From NCBI GenBank assembly GCA_965224025.1, contig OZ245033.1, forward strand, positions 1,152,001 through 1,216,000: 64,000 bases of DNA, read 5' to 3'. Numbering within the stretch: position 1 is the stretch's first letter; every line of letters begins with the position of its first letter. The stretch comes from Candidatus Multivorans sp. (GTDB lineage Bacteria; Acidobacteriota; Thermoanaerobaculia; Multivoradales; Multivoraceae). Below are positions 1-13,540 of the stretch, in pieces. A model generated the notes under the pieces. That model saw only the letters and a program-made list of their open reading frames with translations, did not search any database and had not been told where the DNA came from. Made by a program: the position numbers and the translations under genes.

Positions 1-1
1 C

Positions 2-1795
2 TTCTACTTCGAGCCCTCGGAGGTGGTGGAAGGCAACGACGAGCTGGAGCGGCTCGCCGCCGACAAGGAGATCGAGCGGGCCCGCATCCTCGCCGAGCTG
101 GTTCGGCAGGTGCTGGAGTTGACTCCGGCGATCCTTGCCAGGATCGACTTCCTTGCCGCGGTCGACGCGCTGCAGGCCGTGGCGCGCTTCGCGGCCCACG
201 TCGACGCCGGGCTGGCGGGCGTTGCACCGCCGGCGCCGAACGGTTCGGCGGCGGCGGTGGAACTCCGCGGCGCCCGCCATCCGCTTCTCGATCCGCGGCT
301 GGCCGAGTACCGGGAGCAGACCCTTGGCGCCGCCGGCAACCGCGGCGAGGTGGTGCCGCTCGACCTGGCCCTGGAGGACCATCGGATTCTGGTTCTGACC
401 GGACCCAATGCCGGCGGCAAGACGGTGGCCCTCAAGACCGTCGGACTGCTCTGCCTGATGACCCAGGCGGGCCTGCCGGTGCCGGCCGCGCCCGGCAGCC
501 GGTTTCCGATCTTCGATCACCTCGTCGCGGTGGTCGGCGACGACCAGAGCGTTCTGGACGAACAGTCGACCTTCAGCGCCCGCCTGCTGCGTCTGCGGGA
601 GGTGTGGCGCCGCGCCGGACCGCGCACCCTCGTGCTGCTCGATGAAGTCGGCGCCGGAACCAATCCGGAAGAAGGCGCCGCGCTCGGGATCGCGTTGATC
701 GAGGGGCTCGTCGAGAGCGCCTCGATGGGCGTCCTCACCACTCACCTGACCCAGCTCGCCGCCGCCGCCCTCGAGTCCCAGGCGGCCTCCTGCGCCGCGA
801 TGAGCTTCGACCCGGAGAGCGGGCTGCCGACCTACCGGCTCGTGATCGGGCCGCCCGGAGGCAGCCGTGCCCTCGCGCTGGCGCGGCGCCTCGGCCTGCC
901 GGCGGCCTGGCTGGAGCGCGCGGAGCACTTTCTCGGCTCCGAGCACCAGCAGTTGAGACGCGTCCTGGAGCGCAACGAGCGGCACCGGGAACGGTTGCTC
1001 GAACGGGAAGCGGAACTTGCCCGGTTGACCGCCGAGACCGAGGTGGAGCGCAACCGCTTCGAGGCCCGCCAGACGTCGCTGCGGGCGGCTCAGAAGCGGC
1101 TGAGCCAAGCGGTCCGGCGCGAAGTGGATGCCTTGCGCAGGGCGAACCGCCGCCGGCTGGATCAGGCTCTGGCCGAGTTGGCCGCGCTGCCCCGGCCGGG
1201 CAAGAAGGCCTTCGCGCGGGCCGCCCGCGGCCTGCACCAGGAACTCGGCCGCGATGCGTCGGCCGCGGTCGATCGCGCGGCCGACGCGAACCCTGAACCC
1301 GGCATCCGCGAGGAGCAGGATCCTGGGTGCGCAGCGGCCGCGGAGCGGCCACGCCCGCTCGTGGCGGGCGCGCCGGTGCGCCACCGATCGCTCGGCTGGA
1401 TCGGCGAACTCCAGGAAGTGAGCGGCGACCGGGCCACGGTGCTGGTGCGGGGGAAACGGGTGCGGGCGGCGTCCGCGGCGCTGGAGGCCATCCGGGTGGT
1501 GGAGCGAGCCGCGCCATCCCGGGTACGGGTCCAGGCGTCTTCGGCGCCGGCGGTCGAGGCGGAGTTGATGCTGATCGGCCAGATGGTCGAACCGGCGCTC
1601 GATTCCCTGGACGCCTATCTCGACCGGGCCCTGGCCTCGGGCCGCGAACGGGTGCGGGTGGTCCACGGTCACGGCAGCGGACGGCTGCGCCGGGCCGTCC
1701 GTGAGCATCTGCGGGGACATCCGGCGGTAGCCGGGTTCGATCCCGCGCCACCCTCGGCGGGCGGTGACGGGGCCACTGAGGTCGTGTTGCGCTAG
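2..1795 (+). CDS. mutS2: MutS2 family endonuclease (5' end outside window)
   Basis: Walker A LTGPNAGGKT, STFS, LLDEVGAGTNP, coiled coil, KOW-like region and C-terminal Smr domain (VVHGHGSGRLR...GGDGAT). Frame is open from the window edge. Confidence 0.93.
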   Translation, partial: FYFEPSEVVEGNDELERLAADKEIERARILAELVRQVLELTPAILARIDFLAAVDALQAVARFAAHVDAGLAGVAPPAPNGSAAAVELRGARHPLLDPRLAEYREQTLGAAGNRGEVVPLDLALEDHRILVLTGPNAGGKTVALKTVGLLCLMTQAGLPVPAAPGSRFPIFDHLVAVVGDDQSVLDEQSTFSARLLRLREVWRRAGPRTLVLLDEVGAGTNPEEGAALGIALIEGLVESASMGVLTTHLTQLAAAALESQAASCAAMSFDPESGLPTYRLVIGPPGGSRALALARRLGLPAAWLERAEHFLGSEHQQLRRVLERNERHRERLLEREAELARLTAETEVERNRFEARQTSLRAAQKRLSQAVRREVDALRRANRRRLDQALAELAALPRPGKKAFARAARGLHQELGRDASAAVDRAADANPEPGIREEQDPGCAAAAERPRPLVAGAPVRHRSLGWIGELQEVSGDRATVLVRGKRVRAASAALEAIRVVERAAPSRVRVQASSAPAVEAELMLIGQMVEPALDSLDAYLDRALASGRERVRVVHGHGSGRLRRAVREHLRGHPAVAGFDPAPPSAGGDGATEVVLR

Positions 1796-1841
1796 CGTCA
1801 AACGCTGCGGGAGGCTCGGATCCGCAGTAGGATGAGCGGTC

Positions 1842-3638
1842 GTGCCACGGCGTTCGAGGCTTACCGACGAGGCGTTGGACGCCGTGCGCGAGGCGATCGA
1901 CATCGTCGACATCGCGAGCGAGCACACGAAGGTCGAGCGCCGAGGCCGGCGCTTCGTTGCGCTCTGCCCGTTCCACAAGGAGAAGACGCCGTCCCTGTCG
2001 CTGGACCCCGAGCGGAAGCTCTACTACTGCTTCGGCTGCGGCGCCGGCGGCGATGCCCTCGGTCTGCACATGGAACTGACGGGAGACGACTTCGCCACCG
2101 CGATCGAACACTTCGCCGACCGCTACGGTGTCCCGTTGCCGAGGGCGGCGCCGGCCCCGGGCGAGGACGCGCGGGCGGACCGGTCCGAGCGCATCCAGGC
2201 CGCGCTCGATGCCGCCTACGATTTCTTTCGCGGCAAACTGCGCACCGAGGCGATGCCGCAGGACTACCTGCGCCGGCGCAAGGTGCCGCCTGCGTTGATC
2301 GCGCGGTTCGGTGTCGGCTTTGCGCCGGATGGATGGCAGGCTCTGGTGCAGGGCCTGGGCCGCCGCATGGAGGTGCCCGACCTGGAGGCCGCGGGTCTGG
2401 TCGCGCGCAGTCCCAAGAACCCGGACCGCCCCTACGACCGGTTCCGTAACCGGCTGATGTTCCCCATCCGGTCGCCGTCAGGCCGTCTGCTGGCGTTCGG
2501 CGGCCGGACCCTGGACGACGACCAGGCGAAGTACGTCAACACGAACGAGACCGACCACTTCCGCAAGGGCACCCTGCTCTACGGTCTCGACGCGGCCCGC
2601 CGCGGCATCCGCGAGCAGGGCCGTGTCCTCCTGGTGGAGGGCTACTTCGACGTGATCGGCGCGGTCGCGTCCGGCATCGACTGGGCGGTGGCGAGCATGG
2701 GGACGTCGTTGACCGCGCAACAGGTGCGGCTGCTGTCCCGGTACACGGATGAGGTCGTACTGGGCTACGACGGCGACCGGGCCGGCATCGAGGCGGCGCA
2801 GAAGGCCGCCGCCCTGATGCTCGGCGCCGGACTCGTGGTCCGTCGCGCCCGTTTTCCCGCCGGCCAGGACCCGGACTCGCTGCGGCTCGACGAGGGGCCC
2901 GAGGCGGTCCGGAGCGTCATAGGCGGGGCCCGGGACGCGGTGGCGCTGGAGATCGACGATCTGCCGAGCCGGGGCGAGCTCGATCCCCGCCTGAGGGCCC
3001 GGGAAGCCGCGCGGGTGCGGGTGCTGATCGACCGGGTCCAGGATCCGATTGCGCGCAGAGGCTACTTCGAGCATGCGGCGGACCGCCTGGGAGTCAAGGT
3101 GGAGGTGCTGCTGCGCGAGTCGGGCGCCGTCGCGGAGCGGCCTGGGGGCGCCGTCGCGGCGGCGGCGCCGGCGGGCCGGAGGCCCCCGGCCACATCCTCG
3201 ATCGAAGAGCAAGTGTTGCGGCTGATCATCGCCGCCCCGTCGCTGGCCGGTATCGACTGGCCGGACTCGGACGCCTTTTTCGATCCGGCCTTGCGCGCCA
3301 TCTACCGAGCCATGGGAAAGCAGGTCAAGGCGGGTATTGACTCCATCGACTCGCCGGCGCTGGTCGCGGCCCTTGGGCGGCGCTCCGGCGCCGGTGACGA
3401 GGCCGGCATACCTGTTGACCGCATCGCCGGCCTTTTGTTACAACGGTCGTCTGCCTTCTCTGCACGGGAACTCCGAATCAGTCTCGCCGAGTTGGGCCGG
3501 CGCTTCGCCAGACAGCGACTCCACTTGCTCGCCCGGGAAATCAATCTCGCCCAGCGCGAGGGCGACATGGAGACCCTGCATCGCAAGATCGAAGAGAAGC
3601 AGAAGCTCAGCCATGACCTGTACCAACCCAGAGATTGA
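1842..3638 (+). CDS. dnaG: DNA primase
   Basis: CHC2 zinc finger CPFHKEKTPS...CFGC, DRFRNRLMFPI, TOPRIM VEGYFDV and YDGDRAG; directly upstream of rpoD. Confidence 0.97.
   Translation: MPRRSRLTDEALDAVREAIDIVDIASEHTKVERRGRRFVALCPFHKEKTPSLSLDPERKLYYCFGCGAGGDALGLHMELTGDDFATAIEHFADRYGVPLPRAAPAPGEDARADRSERIQAALDAAYDFFRGKLRTEAMPQDYLRRRKVPPALIARFGVGFAPDGWQALVQGLGRRMEVPDLEAAGLVARSPKNPDRPYDRFRNRLMFPIRSPSGRLLAFGGRTLDDDQAKYVNTNETDHFRKGTLLYGLDAARRGIREQGRVLLVEGYFDVIGAVASGIDWAVASMGTSLTAQQVRLLSRYTDEVVLGYDGDRAGIEAAQKAAALMLGAGLVVRRARFPAGQDPDSLRLDEGPEAVRSVIGGARDAVALEIDDLPSRGELDPRLRAREAARVRVLIDRVQDPIARRGYFEHAADRLGVKVEVLLRESGAVAERPGGAVAAAAPAGRRPPATSSIEEQVLRLIIAAPSLAGIDWPDSDAFFDPALRAIYRAMGKQVKAGIDSIDSPALVAALGRRSGAGDEAGIPVDRIAGLLLQRSSAFSARELRISLAELGRRFARQRLHLLAREINLAQREGDMETLHRKIEEKQKLSHDLYQPRD
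3415..3444 (+). promoter_or_regulatory. Possible sigma70 promoter for rpoD inside the dnaG 3' end
   Basis: TTGACC, 18 nt spacer, TGnTACAAC, in a locally AT-richer stretch. Confidence 0.3.
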
Positions 3639-3647
3639 GGGCGTGGC

Positions 3648-5372
<1,725 letters not shown>

Positions 5373-5394
5373 CGCTCTGGCGATCCGTGGTCGA

Positions 5395-5424
5395 TTGACA
5401 GTCGGCTCGGAGCCTCCCTAAGAT
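5395..5424 (+). promoter_or_regulatory. Sigma70-type promoter for tRNA-Asn
   Basis: TTGACA, 18 nt spacer, TAAGAT, about 45 nt upstream of the tRNA. Confidence 0.6.
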
Positions 5425-5469
5425 CACCCCCATGTCACCCGCCGCTGTTGCCTGGAGCCGGCGGATTCT

Positions 5470-5544
5470 TCCTCGGTAGCTCAACGGTAGAGCGTTCGGC
5501 TGTTAACCGAAATGTTGGGGGTTCGAATCCCTCCCGAGGAGCCA
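5470..5544 (+). tRNA. tRNA-Asn (GTT)
   Basis: Acceptor stem TCCTCGG/CCGAGGA, D arm TAGCTCAACGGTAGAGC, anticodon loop CTGTTAA, T arm GGTTCGAATCC, encoded CCA. Confidence 0.97.
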
Positions 5545-5608
5545 TGGCTCGCGGCTTTGACGGGGACGCGGGATAGCCTCTCGCGCCGGGTCGCGTGAGG
5601 TAGAAGAG

Positions 5609-7207
5609 ATGGCCGACGTTTCGCGGGAGTTCCTGACAGCCGGTTGGGGCACTGGCTATTCGCGCTATTCGCGCCTGAGCGTGGCTCGGCTCTACGAGGA
5701 GGCGGTGCGTCGCGACGAAGCGGCCATCGCCGCCGAGGGGCCCCTGGTGGCCTCGACCGGCGAGCACACGGGACGGTCGCCGAAAGACCGGTTCCTGGTG
5801 CACCGGTCGCCGTCGTCGGACGCCGTAGACTGGGGGCCGATCAACCAGGCGCTCGAGCCCGAGCACTTCGACCGCCTGTTCCGCAAGATGCTGGCCGCTG
5901 CCGCGGAGCGGGATCTGTTCGTGTTCGACGGTTTCGTCGGCGCCGATCCCGATTGCCGCTTGAGCGTGCGTGTGATCACGGAGAGGGCGTGGCACAGCCT
6001 GTTCGCGCGCAATATGTTCCTGCGCGCGGCCGACCCTTCGGCTCTCGAAGGTTTCGTACCCGACCACACCGTCGTCGACATCCCCAGTGTTCTGGCCGAT
6101 CCGGAGGCGGACGGCACGAACAGCACCACGTTCATCGCCCTCGACCTGGAGCGGCATCTGACCCTGATCGGCGGTAGCGAGTACGCCGGCGAGATCAAGA
6201 AATCGATGTTCAGCGTGATGAACTACCTGATGCCGCGCCGCGGCGTTCTGAGCATGCACTGCAGTGCGAACTACGGCGCGGACCGCTCGGACTCGGCCCT
6301 GTTCTTCGGTCTCTCCGGCACCGGCAAGACGACCCTCTCGGCCGATCCGGAGCGCACCCTGATCGGTGACGACGAGCACTGCTGGTGCGACGACGGCATC
6401 TTCAATATCGAGGGCGGCTGCTACGCCAAGGCGATCCGTCTCGATCCCGAGGGCGAACCGGAGATCCATGCCACGACCCGGCGCTTCGGGACGGTGCTCG
6501 AGAACGTCGTCTTCGACGAGGAATCGCGCGAACTCGACCTCGACGACGATTCCCGCACCGAGAACACCCGCGCCAGCTACCCGCTGAGCCACCTGGAGCA
6601 CGTCGACGTCGGCGGCGTCGCCGGGCATCCCCGCGCGGTCGTCTTCCTGACCTGCGACGCGTTCGGCGTCCTGCCGCCGATCAGCCGGCTCACCGAGGCG
6701 CAGGCGATGTACCACTTCCTGTCCGGCTACACCGCCAAGGTGGGCGGCACGGAACGCGGAGTCACCGAGCCGACGGCGACCTTCAGCGCCTGCTTCGGCG
6801 CCCCCTTCATGCCGCTGCCGCCGTCCGCCTACGCCCGGCTGCTGGGCGAGAAGGTGCGGCGCCACGGAGCCGCCGTCTGGCTCGTGAACACGGGCTGGAC
6901 CGGCGGGCCGTACGGCGAGGGCCGGCGCATCGAGTTGGCCTACACCCGGCGGATGATCCACGCCGCGCTCGACGGCAGCCTCGACAACGCGCCGATGTGC
7001 ACCCACCCCGTCTTCGGCCTCGCCTACCCCACCTTGCTCGACGGCGTGCCGGCGGAGGTGCTCGATGCGCGCAGGAGCTGGGCCGACCCGCGGGCCTACG
7101 ATCGGTACGCGCGCCGGCTGGCGCAGATGTTCACCGACAACTTCGCGAGTCTGTCGGGCGCCGCCGCGCAGGAAGTGGTGGCGGCCGCGCCGCGGGCTGC
7201 GGTCTAG
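5609..7207 (+). CDS. pckA: Phosphoenolpyruvate carboxykinase (ATP)
   Basis: [50 protein letters not shown]. Confidence 0.97.
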   Translation: MADVSREFLTAGWGTGYSRYSRLSVARLYEEAVRRDEAAIAAEGPLVASTGEHTGRSPKDRFLVHRSPSSDAVDWGPINQALEPEHFDRLFRKMLAAAAERDLFVFDGFVGADPDCRLSVRVITERAWHSLFARNMFLRAADPSALEGFVPDHTVVDIPSVLADPEADGTNSTTFIALDLERHLTLIGGSEYAGEIKKSMFSVMNYLMPRRGVLSMHCSANYGADRSDSALFFGLSGTGKTTLSADPERTLIGDDEHCWCDDGIFNIEGGCYAKAIRLDPEGEPEIHATTRRFGTVLENVVFDEESRELDLDDDSRTENTRASYPLSHLEHVDVGGVAGHPRAVVFLTCDAFGVLPPISRLTEAQAMYHFLSGYTAKVGGTERGVTEPTATFSACFGAPFMPLPPSAYARLLGEKVRRHGAAVWLVNTGWTGGPYGEGRRIELAYTRRMIHAALDGSLDNAPMCTHPVFGLAYPTLLDGVPAEVLDARRSWADPRAYDRYARRLAQMFTDNFASLSGAAAQEVVAAAPRAAV

Positions 7208-7236
7208 CTGTTGCGAGGACCGGTAAGGAGAACCGA

Positions 7237-9180
<1,944 letters not shown>

Positions 9181-9181
9181 G

Positions 9182-9211
9182 AGTCAGCGCTGCGTCCGCG
9201 CAGCGCTGACT
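9182..9211 (+). terminator. 13-bp perfect hairpin immediately after acs (terminator or REP-like)
   Basis: AGTCAGCGCTGCG-tccg-CGCAGCGCTGACT; only TT follows, so there is no clear U tract. Confidence 0.5.
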
Positions 9212-9239
9212 TGCAGGGAACTGGTCGCCGACTGGGTGC

Positions 9240-9257
9240 GCGGGTCTTCTGACCCGC
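9240..9257. repeat. REP-like palindrome, family A
   Basis: GCGGGTC-TTCT-GACCCGC, identical to 43456-43473. Confidence 0.6.
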
Positions 9258-9402
9258 TGCCGCCGGAGGCGGCCAGAGATACGTGCCGGCCGTCAGGCCG
9301 GCTCCGCTTTGGCGGCCAGTTCCCTGCAAGCCTGCGCGGCAGTCTCATTCGGCGCCCGCTGCGGCCCGTGAGCCCCCCGGCGGCTACACTCGGAGTCGGA
9401 CC

Positions 9403-10620
9403 ATGGCAGCGAAGTCAAACGAGCCGCTCCGTGATTTCGGGACGCCGATCCGGGTCCTGGTCGTCGCCGCGTGCGTGGTCGTGCTGGTGGCGGGTCTCCG
9501 GGCCGCGTCGTCGGTCATCGAGCCCTTCCTGATCGCGCTGTTCGTCGTCACGCTCAGCCTGCCGGTCCTGTTCTGGCTCAAGCAGCGCCTGCCAGCGATG
9601 CTGGCGGTGCTCGGCACGATCCTGCTGGATATCGCCGTTCTGGCGGCGGCCGGCTCACTGGTCGGGACGACCGCCAACCAGCTCGCGGGCGACATGGACA
9701 AGTACCAGGACAGCCTGATGGCCCTGGTCGACGACGGTGTCACCTGGCTGGAGGAACGCGGCCTGCAGCCCGATTGGCTCGCTTCATCGGATGCGGAGAG
9801 AGCCGGCGCCGGCGACACCGGCGCGGGCACGGAGTCCGGGAGCAACGGTGGTGCGGTTGCGGTTACGGACGGCCAGCCGGTTCCGGACGGCGTCGGCGAG
9901 GCATCGGAACGGCTGGGGCTGCTGTCACGCCTGGATTCCAGCCTCCTCTTCGACTTCGCGAACCAGGCGCTGCGCTACACGGCGACGGCGTTCTCGTCGC
10001 TGCTGATCATCTCCCTCATCGTGATCTTCATGCTGTTCGAGGCCGCCACCTTTCGCGGCAAGGTGCGGATGGCCTTCACCGGCGACGGCGCCGAAGAACG
10101 ATTCTCTCGCGTCATGCACGAGATTCAGCACTACATCGGCATCAAGACCGTGGTCAGCGCGGCTACCGGCTTGCTGATCGGAGTCTGGGCCTGGGTTCTC
10201 GGCGTCGACTTCGCGATCTTCTGGGGCCTGGTCGCCTTCGTCCTGAACTTCATCCCGAACCTGGGTTCGATCATCGCCGCCGTGCCGACCACCCTGCTGG
10301 CGATGGTTCAGATCGGCGTCGGCCGCGGACTCCTCGTAGCGCTCGGCTACCTGGTCGTGAACATGGTCATCGGCAACCTCATCGAGCCGCACCTGATGGG
10401 CCGCCGTCTGGGTCTCTCCACCCTGGTCGTCGTCCTGTCCCTGGTGTTCTGGGGCTGGGTCTGGGGCCCGATCGGGATGCTGCTATCCGTGCCGCTGACC
10501 ATGGTGCTCAAGATCATGCTCGAGAACACGGAGGAGTTCCGCTGGGTCGCGGTGCTTCTTGGCGACAGCCGGGCGGCTGAACGTCTGGCGCCCGTGTCCG
10601 GCGGGGAGAAGGAGGCGTGA
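9403..10620 (+). CDS. AI-2E (PerM/YhhT) family transporter
   Basis: Multiple TM helices, YIGIKT, FVLNFIPNLGS, EPHLMGRRLGLS, WGPIGMLLSVPLT. Confidence 0.9.
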   Translation: MAAKSNEPLRDFGTPIRVLVVAACVVVLVAGLRAASSVIEPFLIALFVVTLSLPVLFWLKQRLPAMLAVLGTILLDIAVLAAAGSLVGTTANQLAGDMDKYQDSLMALVDDGVTWLEERGLQPDWLASSDAERAGAGDTGAGTESGSNGGAVAVTDGQPVPDGVGEASERLGLLSRLDSSLLFDFANQALRYTATAFSSLLIISLIVIFMLFEAATFRGKVRMAFTGDGAEERFSRVMHEIQHYIGIKTVVSAATGLLIGVWAWVLGVDFAIFWGLVAFVLNFIPNLGSIIAAVPTTLLAMVQIGVGRGLLVALGYLVVNMVIGNLIEPHLMGRRLGLSTLVVVLSLVFWGWVWGPIGMLLSVPLTMVLKIMLENTEEFRWVAVLLGDSRAAERLAPVSGGEKEA

Positions 10621-11336
10621 GGGCGATCGTCCATGGCGTTGGAGTCGCTGCTTTCGTTGGGCTCCCGCTTGCGACGGCCGCCTTCGCGCAAGGTGAAGTC
10701 CTCGACAATGCGGACATCGTCAACCTCACCGAGGCGGGCCTGCCAGCCGAGGTCATCGTGGCCAAGATCGAATCGACCGCGACGGTCTTCGATACGAGCG
10801 CGGAGAAGCTGGTTGCGCTCGTCCAGGCCGGCGTCCACGCCGAAGTCCTGGCAGCGATGGCGAAGGCCTCGGCGGCTTCGACTTCCGCGGCAAGTGAACC
10901 GCCGGACGACGAGCCGGTCAGGGACCCGGAGCCGGCGGAGCAGCCGCGTGCTGAGCCGGAGCCGGTCCGCGACGTGTCCATGGCGCGACCGTTCGCGGTG
11001 TCGATCCACGAGGTGACGCTGGACGAGTACGACCGCTTCACCGCTGCTGCCGACCGCCCGCCGGTGGACGACGGGGGTTGGGGGGCCGCCGTCCTGCAGT
11101 GAACGTGTCCTGGTCGGACGCGCGGGAGTACGCGGCCTGGCTGTCGCGGGAGACGGGCGGCGCCTACCGGTTGCTGGGCGAGGCGGAGTGGGAGTACGTG
11201 ACGCGTGCCGGATCGACCACACAATTCCACTTCGGCGACCATCCCATGGACCTCTGCCGCGGGCCGGGACGGTATTGCCGTGGACGAGCGCGGCCTGAAC
11301 ATCGGCTTTCGCGTTGCGCGGACGCTGGCTCCCTGA
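10617..11336 (+). pseudogene. Secreted FGE-sulfatase (SUMF1/C-type lectin fold) protein, frameshifted and internally deleted
   Basis: Signal peptide; PFAVSIHEVT in the first frame; shift at the G6 run 11080-11085 to RPAVNVSWSDAREYAAWL...YRLLGEAEWEY; then an abrupt jump to the terminal motif NIGFRVARTL* (stop 11334-11336) back in the first frame. Confidence 0.8.
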
Positions 11337-11405
11337 CGGCTACACAGGACGGAAGTCGGTCTTCGCCCGAGTCACCTGTGCAGGAGGCAGGCGCCGGGTC
11401 CTGCG

Positions 11406-12152
11406 TTACAGCAGCCGTGGAATGACCGCGCGGCGCTTCGCGGCGTACTCGGGGAAGCTCTCTCGATACCAGCGGTGACGCCAGAGTGCTCGAGGAATCA
11501 GGTTAGCCGCGGTCCACAGAGCGAACGCGAGACCCGGCAGAGACCAGCTCATCAGGGCGAAGCCGGTCCACTCGACGATCTCTCCGGCCAGGTTGGGGCA
11601 GGAGACGAGGTTGAAGGGGCCGCCCCGCGGCAGCACGGCGCCGCCTGAAGCCCTGGCGCGTAGCCACGACAGGCGGTAGTCGGAGTATATGTTCAGGGCG
11701 GCCCCGGCGACGAACAGGGCGGCGCCGACGAGAAACCGCGGGTCCGTGAACCAACCACCCGGATAGTCGGCGATCCGGGCCGTGAACCAGCCCAGGAGCG
11801 CGCCGTTGACGAGGTTGAAACAGAAACCGGAGGCGGCCGTGATGGCGGGTAGCGGGCGCGCCTGACGCTGGACGAACCATGGCCACACGAGGGTGCGGTG
11901 GATGTAGTGGGCAAACCACAGGGCGACCAGGACGTCGCCGACCGCGTGACGCTCGCCGGCCGCGAGGTAGACGACGGGGAACACGGCCAGGGCCGACAGT
12001 TCCATGAGGACCCAGCCCCAGCGCGCGTCGAGAGTCGGCCCCCGGGCACGACCGCCCAGGCGTCCGGTCGGGTCCTTTCCCAGCAGAGCGTAGACCAGCA
12101 CGGGAACGGTCAGCCCGCACCAGATCAGGACGGCGGGCGTGAACCAGGACAT
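11406..12152 (-). CDS. 3-oxo-5-alpha-steroid 4-dehydrogenase (SRD5A-like) membrane protein
   Basis: Hydrophobic; WGWVLME, HYIHRTLVWP, NIYSDYRL, LPRGGPFNLVSCPNLAGEIVEW, NLIPRA..HRWY. Confidence 0.85.
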   Translation of the reverse strand: MSWFTPAVLIWCGLTVPVLVYALLGKDPTGRLGGRARGPTLDARWGWVLMELSALAVFPVVYLAAGERHAVGDVLVALWFAHYIHRTLVWPWFVQRQARPLPAITAASGFCFNLVNGALLGWFTARIADYPGGWFTDPRFLVGAALFVAGAALNIYSDYRLSWLRARASGGAVLPRGGPFNLVSCPNLAGEIVEWTGFALMSWSLPGLAFALWTAANLIPRALWRHRWYRESFPEYAAKRRAVIPRLL

Positions 12153-12170
12153 GTTGGAACGGTTGAACGC

Positions 12171-12560
12171 TCAGGCCGGAGACGCAACCGTGAGACCGGC
12201 GTCGGCGGCGGCGTCTGCGAGGCGCCGGTCGTAGGTCACGACGGCGTCGAGCCGGTCGATCGAAAGGGCTGTAGCCAGGTGGATGGCGTCCAGGCTTTGA
12301 AGAGCGGGCGGATCCAGCGCCGCCGCCCGGGCCAGGGTTGGCTCGTCCAGGGGTATCAGGGCGATGCGTTCAAGAGTCCGCTCCGCTCGCCGGAGTGTTG
12401 TCTCGGGTCGGTTGGCGCGACGCACGGCCCGAAGGACCTCGACCCGCGTCAGTTGGCTCGATACGCGACCTGCTTGCCCGGCCAGGTAGGCGCGGAGTGC
12501 GCTCGATTCCGGTTCTGCAACGACCAGCTTGACGAGTGCTGACGACTCCAGGTAGATCAC
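12171..12560 (-). CDS. vapC: PIN-domain toxin, VapC family
   Basis: IYLESSALVKL, E in the second helix, LQSLDAIHLATA, VVTYDRRL. Confidence 0.9.
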   Translation of the reverse strand: MIYLESSALVKLVVAEPESSALRAYLAGQAGRVSSQLTRVEVLRAVRRANRPETTLRRAERTLERIALIPLDEPTLARAAALDPPALQSLDAIHLATALSIDRLDAVVTYDRRLADAAADAGLTVASPA

Positions 12561-12570
12561 CGTCGCTTGC

Positions 12571-12864
12571 TTAGAGCCGGTCCTCCCGGTCGGCGATCAG
12601 CAGGTCGCTTACTTCGGTCGAGACTTCGCCCTCTGGCGGCGGCAGATCCAGGAGATCCCCCACCGGTCTCGTTGCCCGCCCCTCGGCGATGAGGCGCTCC
12701 AGCGGCGACATCTCCTTGGGGAACGGCAGGAGCAGGCCCACCGGCCGGTCCCGGTCCGTGACCTCGAAGCGCTCGCCCTGGCGGATCCGGCGGACATACA
12801 CGCTGAGGTTCTGCCGCAGTTCGCGGATGCCGATCCTGGTTGTCTTCGCGGCTGGCTCGGTCAT
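12571..12864 (-). CDS. Phd/YefM-family antitoxin
   Basis: IGIRELRQNLSVYVRRIRQGERFEVTDRDRPVGLL, directly upstream of vapC. Confidence 0.88.
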   Translation of the reverse strand: MTEPAAKTTRIGIRELRQNLSVYVRRIRQGERFEVTDRDRPVGLLLPFPKEMSPLERLIAEGRATRPVGDLLDLPPPEGEVSTEVSDLLIADREDRL

Positions 12865-12934
12865 GATGACGCACACGGTAGCACATTGGCGGGCGAAGGC
12901 TCGCTGGCCCTTTGAGAAACTCGTCTCTTCACGA

Positions 12935-12962
12935 TTGACACTTGGCCCTCCCGTGCTAGTCT
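12935..12962 (+). promoter_or_regulatory. Sigma70 promoter of the suf operon
   Basis: TTGACA, 16 nt spacer, extended -10 TGcTAGTCT. Confidence 0.6.
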
Positions 12963-12965
12963 CCA

Positions 12966-12990
12966 AATCGGGACTATGCAGGTCCCGGTT
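12966..12990. promoter_or_regulatory. Candidate Rrf2 (IscR/SufR-type) operator
   Basis: 25-bp dyad AATCGGGAC-N7-GTCCCGGTT over the predicted transcription start; GAC-N7-GTC spacing as in IscR type 1 sites. Confidence 0.6.
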
Positions 12991-13078
12991 CCACAGGCGT
13001 CGGGCGCCGGGACTCAAGCGGAGGCGACCAGGTCCCGCTTGCCGCGCCGTCCACACGACGCATCGACGACACACCGTC

Positions 13079-13540
13079 ATGATCCGACTGACCAAGCAAG
13101 CCGACTACGGCATCGTGCTGATGACCCAACTCGCACAGACCGGTCAGGCCCCCGCCGCCGAACTGGCGGTGCAGACGCACCTGCCGTCGCCCATGGTCAG
13201 CAAGATCCTCAAGTTGCTGGCGAAGTCCGGGCTGCTGACCTCGCACCGCGGCGTGCATGGCGGTTACGAACTGGCGCGCTCGGCGGCCGAGATCAGCATC
13301 GCCGACGTGATTCTCGCACTCGAAGGGCCGATCGCCCTGACCGAGTGCAGCGAGCACTCCGACCACGAGTGCTCCTACGAGGCGTTCTGCCGCGTCCGGG
13401 AGAACTGGCAGCGGATCAACCTGGCGGTGCGGGGAGCGCTCGAGGAGATCACGATCGCCGACATGGCGCGGCCGAACTTCATGGCCGGGACGGCCGTCCC
13501 GTCCGCGGAACCCCTGATTTCGCTGAGGAGCAATTCCTGA
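13079..13540 (+). CDS. Rrf2-family SUF Fe-S cluster assembly regulator
   Basis: [33 protein letters not shown], three Cys ligands; TGATG overlap with sufB. Confidence 0.92.
   Translation: MIRLTKQADYGIVLMTQLAQTGQAPAAELAVQTHLPSPMVSKILKLLAKSGLLTSHRGVHGGYELARSAAEISIADVILALEGPIALTECSEHSDHECSYEAFCRVRENWQRINLAVRGALEEITIADMARPNFMAGTAVPSAEPLISLRSNS

Noticed and set aside
5470-5544. tRNA-Asn as an island integration site
   Set aside because: No duplicate of its 3' end and no integrase nearby; pckA follows directly.
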